A DNA stretch of 63,917 nt, counting the filler, from Collodictyon triciliatum (taxonomy: Eukaryota), in NCBI GenBank assembly GCA_043381765.1. It is 18 parts of 18 records of this genome, joined end to end, with 100 filler letters (N's around TTAATTAATTAA, not from the genome) between each part and the next. Parts side by side here need not be neighbours in the genome. Positions count along the whole stretch, not along the records: positions 10,637 to 14,080 come from JBHJMP010007314.1; positions 14,181 to 17,623 come from JBHJMP010007315.1; positions 17,724 to 21,169 come from JBHJMP010007316.1; positions 21,270 to 26,116 come from JBHJMP010007317.1; 14 more parts are not named here. One strand, written 5' to 3'. The notes under the pieces were generated by a model, which saw nothing but the letters and a program-made list of their open reading frames with translations, was not told the DNA's origin and did not search any database. A program made the position numbers and the translations under genes. This document shows, in pieces, positions 11,896 to 23,879 of the stretch. The stretch's first letter is position 1; every line of letters starts with the position of its first letter.

Positions 11896-12149
11896 AATAA
11901 TATAATTTTTAAATATGAACTATGAATCAGTAACCAAAAATATTTTTGAGTGCAATAACACGTTGAATGTGTCCAAGTTGAGTTATTTGATGTAAGTTTT
12001 TGGAGATAAAAGCTTAAATTGATGAAATTCCTTCTAAATGGGTGCACTTCATTGTGATACCTATCACACAAATCTATTTCCGAATGCCGTGACTTAAAAA
12101 TACTATTATGGAAACAGCAAACATCTTGTAATGGAAAAGCCTTGAGCTT

Positions 12150-14080
12150 TCATAAATGATATAGGCCTCTCACCATGGCTTCTAACCTGATTATATGACT
12201 TCATGTAAAGACATTGGATGCAGCATTAGATTAGAGCAGTAATCGAGGTGTACCACGACAGAGTAACACAAAATCTCAACGAAAGAAAAAAAGTAAGTGC
12301 CAAGAAACTTTGATAACAATATCTCGACTGGTAAATATTCTTGCTAATTATTGGGCGCACAGTAGACTAAGATATTCATATAATAGGTATGGAAAGACTA
12401 ATGAGAATTAAATATTTAAGTTGAAAAGCATGAGCAAGCGAAGTATGAGAATTTTCTTTTGTTTTTTCTTGATCTTAATGACATTTACTTGACTGATTTG
12501 AAAAATGTTGGATTGATAGAGAGGAGAAAATATACTTACCTTCATGAAACACATGTTGTTATAAAGGAGATAATAGTACTATGAAATATTCTGGATTGTT
12601 GATAGCAATCGCGGGCTACTATTGAATGCTTTTGGCATGAAATTGATTTCAAAATTTTTATGCATTTAATGCGTTGCATTTTTTTGCATAGATTCAGAAT
12701 CTTACTACGCGAAGCCTAATTGCTGAATCAAATTGCCGCAAGAAACCTTTGTGAAAAATAATTATAACTGGCTCTTTTGTCTTTATTAGGGATATTATGT
12801 GAAATTTGAAACATATGAAAATAAGTACAAGCAGAATCATACAGAAAGAAAGGAACGTTATTGTCTCCAAACAATAAAAGGTTATCGAATTAGATTAATA
12901 AGATCACTCCACAAACAGAGTCGCCGACAAATCCAAATTATAAATCGTGTATGGTCAAATAAAACTTCGGTGATACCAATACATATATTAAAGCCACAGA
13001 CCAAAATGTGACATATGTATTTGTATTAACCTTTTGAAGAAATATCTGGTTGAATGAACATACCCATGGGGTAGTAGATAAGCAACAGACTGAATCAATA
13101 TGACATAGCATCTCTTTTCAGTCCGATACCTATTTTGATTAACAAAAATATGTTTGAATACATATATGAAGCATATTTGCCATTAAGTCCTTAAAAACTA
13201 TATATATATTGCAAAAGAATCAAGCAAATATAAAAGCGGGTGTTCAAAGAGAAAAGAAAGTTACGCATTAGAAAAAATCCCGAAGAACGGCACCGTTTTT
13301 ACAACAGGGAGGGAAGAGAATCAAGTATTGCGCGACATACTCAACGCCAGAGCAAAGCCTTTCCGTCTTGTGAACATTATTACAACAGAAGTTGTATATA
13401 AAAGAACCTAGTACATCTATAGTTTCCCATGTATGGTATATCCCAAACTCCTATCTTTACAAAAGTGTCCATTTAGCACACAGATTATTGTTTGTTAACT
13501 TTTAGAGGCAAAGATGAGCTAAAGCTGCATTGTTCATTTCTCATAAAAACTAACCTCTGGCTATATTACATCACCTTACGATGACTGAATGGTATAGTAA
13601 ATATATATGAAATGCTATAATATGCTATATTATAGTTGAAAGCAATTTAATTATTTCGTGGAAAAAAAACCCCCCCAAAGAAAACCTACATTTTCAAAAG
13701 GGCGCTGTATAGGCGGTGAATAAGATGGGGAAGTATGGATTTTGATATGGGAGCTTTTGCACTATACGATAGGGTAAGAAAAAAATAAAAATCAAGTAAA
13801 ATAGAACAGAGGGACCAAATGGAGAAGAAATTATTATCACACACAATCGATTCTAACTGATTGGCAACTTTAAGCATGTTTTCTAACCATATCCAAGACT
13901 TGCCGAAAGGTAAATGTGCTGCTCTTGGGTCTTGCGATGTGCGGGCTTGTCAGCGGTGTTGGCGGTGGAGGGCTTGAGTGCGAGGATTCTGAAGAGGAAC
14001 CGAGATTTCCTTCCATGTCATCGTCGCTGTCGCTGTATGTGCGTATCTGCTGTGAGTCTTGCGGGCTCAGTTGTTGCCTG
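12150..14080 (-). CDS. Hypothetical multi-exon protein, possibly START-like (partial, boundaries approximate)
   Basis: Ser/Pro-rich exon at 13893-14080 followed by small exons; VLRDFF and YVILIQSVAYLLPHGYV are weakly reminiscent of START domains. Confidence 0.3.
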
Positions 14081-15473
14081 NNNNNNNNNNNNNNNNNNNN
14101 NNNNNNNNNNNNNNNNNNNNNNNNTTAATTAATTAANNNNNNNNNNNNNNNNNNNNNNNNNNNNNNNNNNNNNNNNNNNNTTTTTCTTTTTTCTTTTTTC
14201 TTTTTTCTTTTTTCTTTTTTCTTTTTTCTTTTTTCTTTTTTCTTTTTTCTTCATTTTCATTTTCGTTTTCGTTTTCATTTTCATTTTCAAGAACGGTAGG
14301 CCATGGGGCAGCATAAAGAACCGCAGCGACGAGCGCCGCAAGACCGATCAGCCCGCCCTCTCCACGCGGCCGTGGCTGCCGACCGGTGCGAGAGACTCTC
14401 CTCGTTCTTGCTGTGCGTTGGACGCACGATCGCTTGGCCTTCGAGGCGCGGCCAAGAAACGGGCTTCGACGCCTTCGCGCTATTTTAGCAAACTCGGGTT
14501 CGAGTAATCTAGGTTTGCGTGGAACATTCCCTTATGAAGGTTGCCACCTGACCTGGGGTTAGTCGGCACTGCGTTTTTCCGTTTTGGTGAAGCATAATTG
14601 AATTCCGAAAGAAAATGTCCAATTCTGGATAAATCGAAAGCCTTCTCTTAATGTGGAAATCATTTACCTCGGTGCTAACTCTGACCTTCTCTGAACACAA
14701 TGGGCTCTGGCTGAATCCTAGGTAGAAACCCAATTAATGAAAATTAGATCGAAGGTTCTGTTTCGTGCCTGTGATTTCTGGGGATACTGGGTTTTATTGG
14801 CCGCTCGGGCGTTGTCTAAGTCCCCTCACACGCAAAGGTATTTATATGCAACGCTTAAATATGCATGTATTCGTATTAGCCATTTTATGCAGTAAATCAC
14901 GATTCAGACAACCTAAAATACCATATGTTTATTTTTTCCAGAAGTAGACTGCACATCCGTTGCAACCGGCAATATGGAATCTCCATTTTCAGGCTCTTCC
15001 GCCCTAGGCCCAAAGCGCCACAATAATAGCCAAAACGGGATTCTGTCAGGGCGGCGCGTGCTGTAACGTCCGCCGGCTCTGCTGTTCGGCCACGGACGCG
15101 TTGCCCGACGGCTGAACTTTGCGAAGAAAGCGCACCGCCAACGTCCTGCCTGCTGCGACCCCGATTACGTTCGATCGCTACCTTCGCCTTCTGATAACTT
15201 ACCTTTGTTCGCTGCCTTTCAATCAGCGCAAGACACACTCACACACACTCATTTCGAACTGGGGTCGCTGTGTCAGCGCCTTGCGCTATGTCTCCCCTCC
15301 ACAGTTAGTGTCGTTCCCGCAGTTTATAATGAATGTACTCCCATTCAATGGGGCCCAGCCAAAGTATTCTGACAGATGTTTTTCTCTCTCTCTCTCTCTC
15401 TCTCTCCCCCTCTCCCTCCCTCGTTCACTCTTTCCTTTTTCATGAAATGAAAAGAAATAGTCTGTTCTTATCT

Positions 15474-17018
15474 ATGGGCGGGATATGCTCTTCATCACAA
15501 GAGCCTCTCAAAGCCTCCGGGCTTGTGGTCGGCCAAGGCGACGAGGACAGCATCCATGTGCACCAATTTGACGCGGCATCAAAAATATTTGTGGACAACG
15601 CACCATGTCATATTCACTATGGCGAGTGCTTTGGAAGTCTAGGATATGCAGACCTATTCTTTGCGAAGATGGGCTCCGTCCCCGTCACAGTCTTCAAATT
15701 CAATGCAAAGGCTGTCATATGCTCCAGCTTTGAAGAGGCGATTCAGGATGTGAAGCTCTTAGCGTAATTATTATTATTTTTCCCCTTTATTCGATTAAAA
15801 GTAGCGTAATTATCATCTTAGCTTTCATAATTGTACGGATTACACCTTTGTCCGGTTCCTTAGTCGCTAAAAAATAATAATGAAAGAGTTCACTCTCACT
15901 TACAATTATATGATCAAAAGGAGGCAACCTGCTGATTATTTTTTTATTTTTATCTCTATGCACGGTCGCAGCGAGTTAGATCATCCCTCCATCACTCGTG
16001 TCATCGCCGCTCGGCTTGAAAATCCAGGCGCATGCTATGTTACCAAGCACTATCCAGTTGGCTCTTTGGATAGGATAGTTTATAATTCGAAAGTTAAAAT
16101 CCCCCCTAAGAGCAAGATTTCCATCATGCTCCAAATATCAGAGGGTATTCAATACCTGCACGGATACCAGCCAGAGATCATCCATAGGAACTTGAAACCG
16201 AGCTCCATATGGGTTTCATTTTGTTTTGTTTTTGTCTCTTACGATGTGATGTTAAAACACTTATTTTGGGGTTGGTCTGACCTCATTTAACAATGTTACA
16301 CTTTTGGATTCATATCTCCACTTTGTGGTATACTGTCGGGATGATGATAATTTCTTTTTTAGCATCGCATAACAATTCAACATTAATTTGACAAACATAT
16401 GGCCATGAAAATACATATATACGATTGCAGTCGCTTCGTATACCACCACTGAATCGCTTGACTAAGTCACTCATGAATATTTTACTTTCCAACTGACTTG
16501 TCTGCATATAACTCTTCTGCTCCCTTAGGTTGAATCCAAGTGGATTATTGGAGTTACAGACTTTGGGTTTGACAAAATCAGGGGAGAATTTAGAACACAA
16601 TCTGTTTGTTCAGAATCAAATGCATACAGAGACCCTCTAGTATTTAAAGGGGAGAAAGTATCAAAAGAGTCTGATATATACAGTTTTGGCATGCTCATGT
16701 GGGTGGCGTGGACAAGCAAGGTTCCCTTCGAAGGGTGCAACTCTATCAAGGTCAGGATTTATTTCTAAATCATGGGAGAATAATTTGTATGCTTCTCCAA
16801 CTTACTATGTCGATACACGGTCATCCAACAGAGAAAATTAATAGATTTTAAAAACAAACAAACAGGTTGGGCAAGATCTGATTAGAGGTGTGCGACCTGA
16901 TGTGCCTTCTGACTGCCCTGCTGGGTATGCCGAATTGATGACTAAATGCTGGGATGGAGAAAGGCACAAGCGACCCACTTTACAGGAAATCATAGAAACC
17001 CTCAAATCCATGTTGTAA
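15474..17018 (+). CDS. Tyrosine-kinase-like (TKL) pseudokinase, 4 exons, likely N-acylated
   Basis: MGGICSS start; LDHPSI, YLHGYQPEIIHRNLKPSSIW, DFG, SDIYSFGMLMW, RPDVPSDCP, CWDGERHKRPT. Has HRN instead of HRD. Confidence 0.85.
15760..15813 (-). mobile_element. Family B micro-insertion (30 bp) with perfect 12-bp TSD TAGCGTAATTAT
   Basis: Repeat at 15760-15771 and 15802-15813 flanks ...TTTCCCCTTTATTCGATTAAAAG; it duplicates the 5' splice site of kinase intron 1. Confidence 0.8.
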
Positions 17019-17030
17019 ACCATAACTAAC

Positions 17031-17091
17031 TCCAAAAGGTAGATTTTTTTCCCCTTTATTCGATTCAAGTGAAGGAAGGGTTTCCAAAAGG
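17031..17091 (-). mobile_element. Family B micro-insertion with TCCAAAAGG direct repeats
   Basis: TTTTTTTCCCCTTTATTCGATTCAAGTG lies between TCCAAAAGG at 17031-17039 and 17083-17091. Confidence 0.7.
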
Positions 17092-17212
17092 GGGATTTCT
17101 ACTGCATGAATAGCTCACGAATCTATATGACTATAGATTCAGCTTCAAAAAGAAAAGAAAACCGAAAGGAATAGCACATATAAAATTATGCACATGAAAT
17201 AAGAAAAAAAAT

Positions 17213-17246
17213 CTGCACAAAATTGAAAGGAAGAATAAAAAAAAAA
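17213..17246 (+). repeat. Family A copy CTGCACAAAATTGAAAGGAAGAAT(A)n
   Basis: Identical over 25 bp to the reverse complement of 21074-21098, which is on another contig. Confidence 0.8.
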
Positions 17247-17552
17247 TAGCAGCAGTCTTCTTTATGTCTTCATTGACAAAATAGAATATATATAACTAGG
17301 TGTTAACGAAAAACTAAAAAGCTAAGAAACTAAAAACTAAAAACAAAGCAAGCGTAGAGAGATGTGGGAATGTGTCGTGGGGTATCTCCCACAACATATT
17401 CAACCCCTGCGACCCACGCAAGCAATTAATAAGTAAAACCACCCACCTGACCAACTCGTTATAACTGATATCTTTCCAGTGTCAGCTTCTCACAGTAACG
17501 TCTTCTCCTACTCGCCTTTTCTCTCCGCTACGCACCTATCTCGCCCATGGTA

Positions 17553-17594
17553 TAGCATAGCCTCGCTGCACTTTGAGTTGAATAAAGGGAAAAA
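17553..17594 (+). mobile_element. Long family B copy, possibly the 3' end of a longer element
   Basis: 37/42 identical to the reverse complement of the insert at 33727-33768; followed by an A-rich tail. Confidence 0.75.
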
Positions 17595-17723
17595 CAGAAA
17601 AACAAAAAAAAAACAAAAAAAACNNNNNNNNNNNNNNNNNNNNNNNNNNNNNNNNNNNNNNNNNNNNTTAATTAATTAANNNNNNNNNNNNNNNNNNNNN
17701 NNNNNNNNNNNNNNNNNNNNNNN

Positions 17724-17952
17724 AAAGGAATAAAAAAAGGAATAAAAAAGGAATAAAAAAAGGAATAAAAAAAGGAATAAAAAAGGAATAAAAAAGGAAT
17801 AAAAAAGGAATAAAAAAAGGAATAAAAAAAGGAATAAAAAAGGAATAAAAAAGGAATAAAAAAGGAATAATAAGGAATAATAAGGAATAAAAAAGGAATA
17901 ATAAGGAATAATAAGGAATAAAAAGGAATAAAAAGGAATAAAAAAGGAATAA
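17724..17952. repeat. (AAAAAGGAAT)n-like tandem repeat at contig start
   Basis: Read directly. Confidence 0.9.
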
Positions 17953-18006
17953 TAGAGAAAAGAATGATTTTAAAAATAGACGAGAATTGGTGATACAGGG
18001 AAAGTT

Positions 18007-20379
18007 TTAATCATTCGCCACATCTTGAATATGACTTACGGGGTCCGGTTCCTGCGGGTCATCACGGCCCTTTTGAGTTGTGAGATGTTTGGATTTCAGT
18101 ATGGGTCGGGCAGAAAGCATATCATTGAGTGATTTCTTCGACTTTGGCTAGACAGTCGCCCGCGATTCGTAAGAGTAAATAATATGAATAAGCGTAAATT
18201 ACATCGCACAATACCCTGTATATCCGTCCATCGTTACCGACTATTGACATCTGCTTAGAAAAAACTCCAGATTCCGAGGGTGACATAGGGGTGCTTAATA
18301 ATGATGAGAAACGAACAAAAAGTACAACACTGCAAAACAAATGACAGATAATTCAACATCGCATAAGACAGAGGAAATTATGAAGTTACTTCGAAGTATT
18401 TGTGATTATACCTTGGCAGAATTTCTTCTGAGCGGGCGGTAAATCCGTCTCTGGAGCCAGAGCCAGGAGCGAAGCGGTTGCATGTCAAACATCGATAGTG
18501 GACACGAGTAGCGACGGTCCCGTTTCCTTCCTCATAAAGGATAGTATGAAGCATTTCCTGTAAAACTTTAACAGATTCCTAGTATATTAATATACTTTGA
18601 GAATTCAGCAGCAATCAGAGAGGGCCTATATATCATGCATTTGTCATGAATTCACCAGTTTTTTTTGTAAAAGAAATGAGATTCACACAAAAAGGGGCTG
18701 TGATATTGGGCAAATAGCGGTAAGCACTTTTTCTGCTTTATCGTCTATTCTCTTGTGAATCTCGAGTAATTCAGCTTTCGAATCTCTTTGCTCTATCTCT
18801 TGAACGACCTAAATTTAATCCTTAGCGCCTAAACAAAACAAAACAAAAAGAAGGGAAAAGAAAGCGGGGAAAAAGGGGAAGAAAACAAGAATAGATAATT
18901 AGAATATATATAAAAAGTAACAGAAAAATGTACTTTTGTAAGGGCTTGTAGTTTGATATCAGATGCAAAGCTGCTTAGACTGGATGTTATTTTAGACATG
19001 TAATCCTACAATTGATTATTGTTTGTGGGTATGTAAGCGTATTCGTTTATATTTCAAGTACGGAGCCAGTAAAATAAAAACCTCTCCTCTTTGATAATAC
19101 AAAGTGAATAAAATTTCCATAATGCAAAATTGAAAGGAAGAATATAATAATAAAAATTAAATAATGCAAGTCTGGCAATCAATAGTCAATTATCAATTAC
19201 CCACCTTTTTTTTTTTTAAAAAAAAAATAATTCAAAATTGTCGGCAAATAGACTCCAAAGAAGTGGTGAGTTACCTGGGCTAATCTGAATCCATCCTTCA
19301 CGGTCTTTACCTCCACTTCTGCGGTAGCCAAACGAGAATCAATCTGCTTCACCATAACTGCTTCGGCTTTGTTTTCTTCCAGGGATGCTGATTTCTTTTT
19401 GTGGTCGTCTTCTAAAATTCTCACTACCCGACGCATTTCGTTTAAGTCTTCCTTCTCTGCCTTTCCAGATATTCTCGTTTCGATTGAACGTAGATCACTT
19501 GTATTTGCCTTGGATAGGAGCTCGTTAGATAGGTTTTCTACAAGCTTTTCATATCGCTCAATCCTGCGCAGTGAATTCTCTGTTATTTCAACGTTCTCTT
19601 TTCGGAGCTTGTCACGCATTTCTAGCTCTGAATATACTTTGGATATGTCAGCCTTTAAGCCAAGGTCTTTCTCCAGCTTAACAACACGTCCAGCCAACTG
19701 GCCGTCATGCAGCCAGTGTTGAGTTGTTTTCAGGTCATTCAGTTCAGAAAGCGCTTTGTTCGCTTTTGTCTCTGTATCGTCTGCCTTGTCGCTCACGATT
19801 CTCATTTGCACTTTCAATTCTCCGACCTCATGGTCTCGTGAATCGCGATTAGCACGAAAATGAATAAAATCATGCTCCACCCTGTCTAACCTGGCTCGGA
19901 TGATAGCCTCGTTCTTCTGGAATAACTCAAGCTGGTCGAAAATGCGCATTATTTCTTCGTCTTTGCGCCTGAGTAAGCGCTCCAGGTCTACTATTCGGGA
20001 TGAAAGCGCAGCATTTTTGGACTCCAGTTGCCCAATCATCTATAACGAAATCTCGTGTTTCAAAGAGAAAATGTAACAAAAACCATAATCATAATCATAA
20101 TCATAATCATAATAATAATCAGGAAAAATATAATAGGCCATATTATGAACCTTTAACTCGGAAGCATGACGCGAAAGTGTCTGTTCGTGGTTCTGAAGGA
20201 TGCAGGACAGCGCGTCCACCACCGAATCCAAGCATGTTACGTTGATGAGCTATTTCAGATAGCACATTCATAAAAAGAGATGAGATGTTGTTGATAATAT
20301 GACACTTGCGATCTGTCTATATTGGAACATGTATTTTGTTCATTTACAGTTAGGAATATTGAGCCAAGGTATCAAACAA

Positions 20380-20422
<43 letters not shown>

Positions 20423-20800
20423 AGCGAAAGACGGCGCCCACCTGCTTGGAATTGAGGCGGATCTTTGCATACAGAGAAGCCTCATCACCCTGCATTGATT
20501 TTTCAACAGCAGAATTCATACTGGCGTGCTCGTCCAGGAGGCAACTTCGAGTTCAACTGGGCAACTTGTAATGCGGCCTGCAGCGGAAAAAGTCAGCGTT
20601 TCGTTTCCAGTCTGCGTGTGCTGTTGTTGCGGTGATCTGTTTCCAAGCCGTCTGCAAATGATCAATCTATATCCTTTAATAGAAATTTCTATAGATGTAT
20701 ATGCCCATATGTTCACAGCCGTTTCAACAACTCTGGAATCAATGATATTTGTGCTTGTTGCCTTCCGCTTTATGTTGTTTGCCAGCTGCAATGTGGTGCG
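18007..20800 (-). CDS. Long coiled-coil protein with C-terminal CLTCNR and GNDGRIYR motifs (QRICH2/C16orf96-like tail), spliced; start uncertain
   Basis: 280-aa heptad-rich ORF at 19197-20039 with KAD/KAN/KAE repeats; downstream exons read YRCLTCNR and IVGNDGRIYR. Confidence 0.55.
19119..19169 (+). mobile_element. Family A micro-insertion with 9-bp direct repeat ATAATGCAA
   Basis: ATAATGCAA at 19119-19127 and 19161-19169 flanks AATTGAAAGGAAGAATA plus an A-rich tail; intronic. Confidence 0.7.
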
Positions 20801-21063
20801 TTTGGTTATGCAATTGAATAAATATATGTACTAGGACGAGCGACAGTTTGGCTCACTTTTCTCTGCACTTGCTGTCTGGAGCGCTGTGTCACTCGGGCGT
20901 TACGGCTGAGGCGAACATCGTGTAATCCATACTCACAGTTTTCTCTCTTTTCCTTTTTCAAGAAAATCTCAGTGTTTTGTCAATCTGAAGGTAAAATGAT
21001 ACTTGGAATGCTGCAAAAAACGTAAATGAGGCGTGACATAGCTGCCTAGTGGGAATGACCTCA

Positions 21064-21098
21064 TTTTTTTTTTTATTCTTCCTTTCAATTTTGTGCAG
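21064..21098 (-). repeat. Family A copy with poly(A) tail
   Basis: (T)nATTCTTCCTTTCAATTTTGTGCAG on the + strand. Confidence 0.8.
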
Positions 21099-21269
21099 GA
21101 TGGTGAAGATGTTGGCTTTGGTTCGCTAGCCATCGTTTGCATGGACGCTACTTGTTGGCCGGGTGGCGGNNNNNNNNNNNNNNNNNNNNNNNNNNNNNNN
21201 NNNNNNNNNNNNNTTAATTAATTAANNNNNNNNNNNNNNNNNNNNNNNNNNNNNNNNNNNNNNNNNNNN

Positions 21270-21348
<79 letters not shown>

Positions 21349-21449
21349 AAAGAAAAGAAAGAAAAGAAAAGAAAGAAGATAAGAGAAAAGAAGAAAAAGA
21401 AAATATTATTAATGTGCGCTCTCTTAAACACAAATCACGATATAATTTC

Positions 21450-23410
21450 ACCCACTTTGTCCATCATATGAGCAGCGTGAAGCGTTAGAAGGCGCGCTTG
21501 GTCGATCTCCATTCTGGACATGGCCACGTCGGCTTGAATAGTACCCTGGGCAGCAAGGAGTTTCCCAAATGTTTCTGATTTCATGAGGGTAATGATTACT
21601 TCAGTATGCCATCATATGAGGGTGAGCAGTTTGATTACCATTATCATCACATCATCAATCAGCTTAGCGATGTCATGAAGGAAAAGCAAGTAACATGATG
21701 GGTGGGACAGAATCAGATGGGATAAAAAATGCACTTCTCTCGGTGATTCGCTTGACCATCGTCTCCAAGGCGCGTTCTGCAAGCCCGATAAGACGCATAC
21801 AATGATGGATTCGGCCTGGCCCGAGGCGACCTGCATTTCGAGAGCATAATTGCAAAGGAGAATTGGTTATCTCTCAAATTGAAAATGGTCTGAAAAAAAA
21901 AAGAAGAGTTATCTACTAATCTCTGTCTGCCTTTCTTTCATCTTATCGTATATTATAGTAACCTTGGGCGATTTCAAACCCACGACCTTCGCCAAGGATC
22001 ATGTTTGAGAGGGGCACTCGAACATTCCTATGAGCCCGTCGAGACATTAGTAATGGTTCTATCATGTTGAAGCATAAGTAATTATAATCAGCGCTTCGTG
22101 ATTGTGCTACGTACACAAATTCCACTTCCATATGGCCGTGGGGAGCATCGTCATATCCAAAGACAGGCAATGGGCGAATCACACGCACGCCTAAAACAGC
22201 ATAGCGATGGGAAAAGAACAGCTTAAGAAATCAGCGAATGACAAGATATGTATCCAATATGAACTAGTGAGCGTGTGCAAATAAGTTTCTTTTTTTGTTC
22301 ACTGGTAATTCACCAGGAGCATCCATGGGGACAATAATCATTGACTGGCGCTGGTGTGTGGGGCCGTCCTCCGCTGTTTTTCCCATGAGGATGGCAACTT
22401 TGCAGTCTTTGCTTCCTAATTAGAAAGAGTTTACGAAAGGGCCAAAACAAGCAGAGCATCGTCCAAAGAAGAAAAACACCGTGTCCCATGTAAAGTAGAC
22501 AACACAATTATTGTCATAATGGTGAATTTGACGGAAAATAGAAAAGAAAAAAAGAAAAAGAAGAAGGAAAAGGAAAGGAAAAAAAGAAAAAAGAAAAAGA
22601 AAAGAAAAAAGAAAAGAAAAAAGAAAAGAAAAAGAAAAGAAAAAAGAAAAGAAAAAGAAAAGAAAAAAGAAANAGAAAAAAGAAAAGAAAAAAGAAAAGA
22701 AAAAAGAAAAGAAAAAAGAAAAGAAAAAAGAAAAGAAAAAAGAAAAGAAAAAAGAAAAGAAAAAAGAAAAGAAAAAAGAAAAGAAAAAAGAAAAGAAAAA
22801 AGAAAAGAAAAAAGAAAAGAAAAGAAAAAAGAAAAGAAAAAAGAAAAGAAAAGAAAAAAGAAAAGAAAAAAGAAAAGAAAAAAGAAAAGAAAAGAAAAAA
22901 GAAAAGAAAAGAAAAAGAAGAGACAATAGGCAAATGTTAAAAAAAAAACCAGCGCCAGAAGTCCACCATTTGCGCCCATTGATGACATATGCATCACCTT
23001 CCCGTTTGATTTCGCATGAGATGTTTGTAGCATCTGATTCGTTTTAATAATGATGAATATGTTATAATTTCACAAAATTTCATTCATGGTCGGGAATTTT
23101 TTCCCCTTTATTCGATTCAAAGTATATGGCCGGGAAAAATAATTCAATGTGGATTTCGTTTCTTTTTGGACATGATAAAAAACTCGTCAAATGACACAAA
23201 AAAAATATTTCACTCTATTAGCAAACTTAAAAAAATCTTATGAAGAGCAGATTAAAGAAAACCTGATGAAGCCACAGCTGGCTCGGTCATAGCGAAGCAA
23301 GAGCGAATTTTACCGTCCAGTAATGGTTTCAGCCACTTCTCCTGCTGCTCGGGACTGCCGTACTTTGAAAGGACTTCCATGTTTCCCGTGTCCGGAGCAC
23401 TGCAGTTGCC
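21450..23410 (-). CDS. Acyl-CoA dehydrogenase ACAD10/ACAD11 family, internal exons (partial)
   Basis: [11 protein letters not shown]...[30 protein letters not shown]...[68 protein letters not shown]. Confidence 0.93.
22540..22920. repeat. (GAAAA/GAAAAAA)n purine tract in an ACAD intron
   Basis: Read directly. Confidence 0.95.
23086..23136 (-). mobile_element. Family B micro-insertion with 11-bp TSD (1 mismatch)
   Basis: ATGGTCGGGAA / ATGGCCGGGAA flank TTTTTTCCCCTTTATTCGATTCAAAGTAT; inside an ACAD intron. Confidence 0.8.
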
Positions 23411-23879
23411 GTGTGTGAGAGCGTGAGCACTTATTTTACTTTTCTAAGAGAGAAAAAGAAAAAAGAAAAAAGAAAAAAGAAAAAAGAAAAAAGAAAAAAG
23501 AAAAAAGAAAAAAAGAAAAAAGAAAAAAGAAAAAAGAANNNNNNNNNNNNNNNNNNNNNNNNNNNNNNNNNNNNNAAAAAGAAAAGAAAAAAGAAAAGAA
23601 AAAAGAAAAGAAAAAAGAAAAGAAAAAAGAAAAGAAAGAAAGAAAGGAAAGCTCACTCAGAAATATCCGAAAAAACAACGATGTCTTTTGTTGATGAAAT
23701 GGTTTTCAAAGCAATATCATATATTCGGACATCAGGTCCTAATCATAAGACTACTATTATGAATACAATCTCCAAGATATTTCAGTTGTAACAGCAAAAA
23801 CTAGCAGGTGAATAAAAAAATATTCATTAATGCATAGCAGCCAATTGAAAATGTGAAAAGCTCATGAAATCAGATTACC

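Noticed and set aside
14429-14466. U2-like (ATCGCTT..GGCC..GGCCAAGA) and U11-like (AAACGGGCTTC) starts
   Set aside because: The U2 branch-recognition sequence GTGTAGTA and other diagnostic motifs are absent; kept only as part of the unclassified structured-RNA candidate.
22420-23033. Long poly-F/K/I/L ORFs (also 2248-2682, 3053-3502, 10226-10588, 56117-56944 and others)
   Set aside because: Translations of microsatellites in introns or at contig ends; several run through N gaps.
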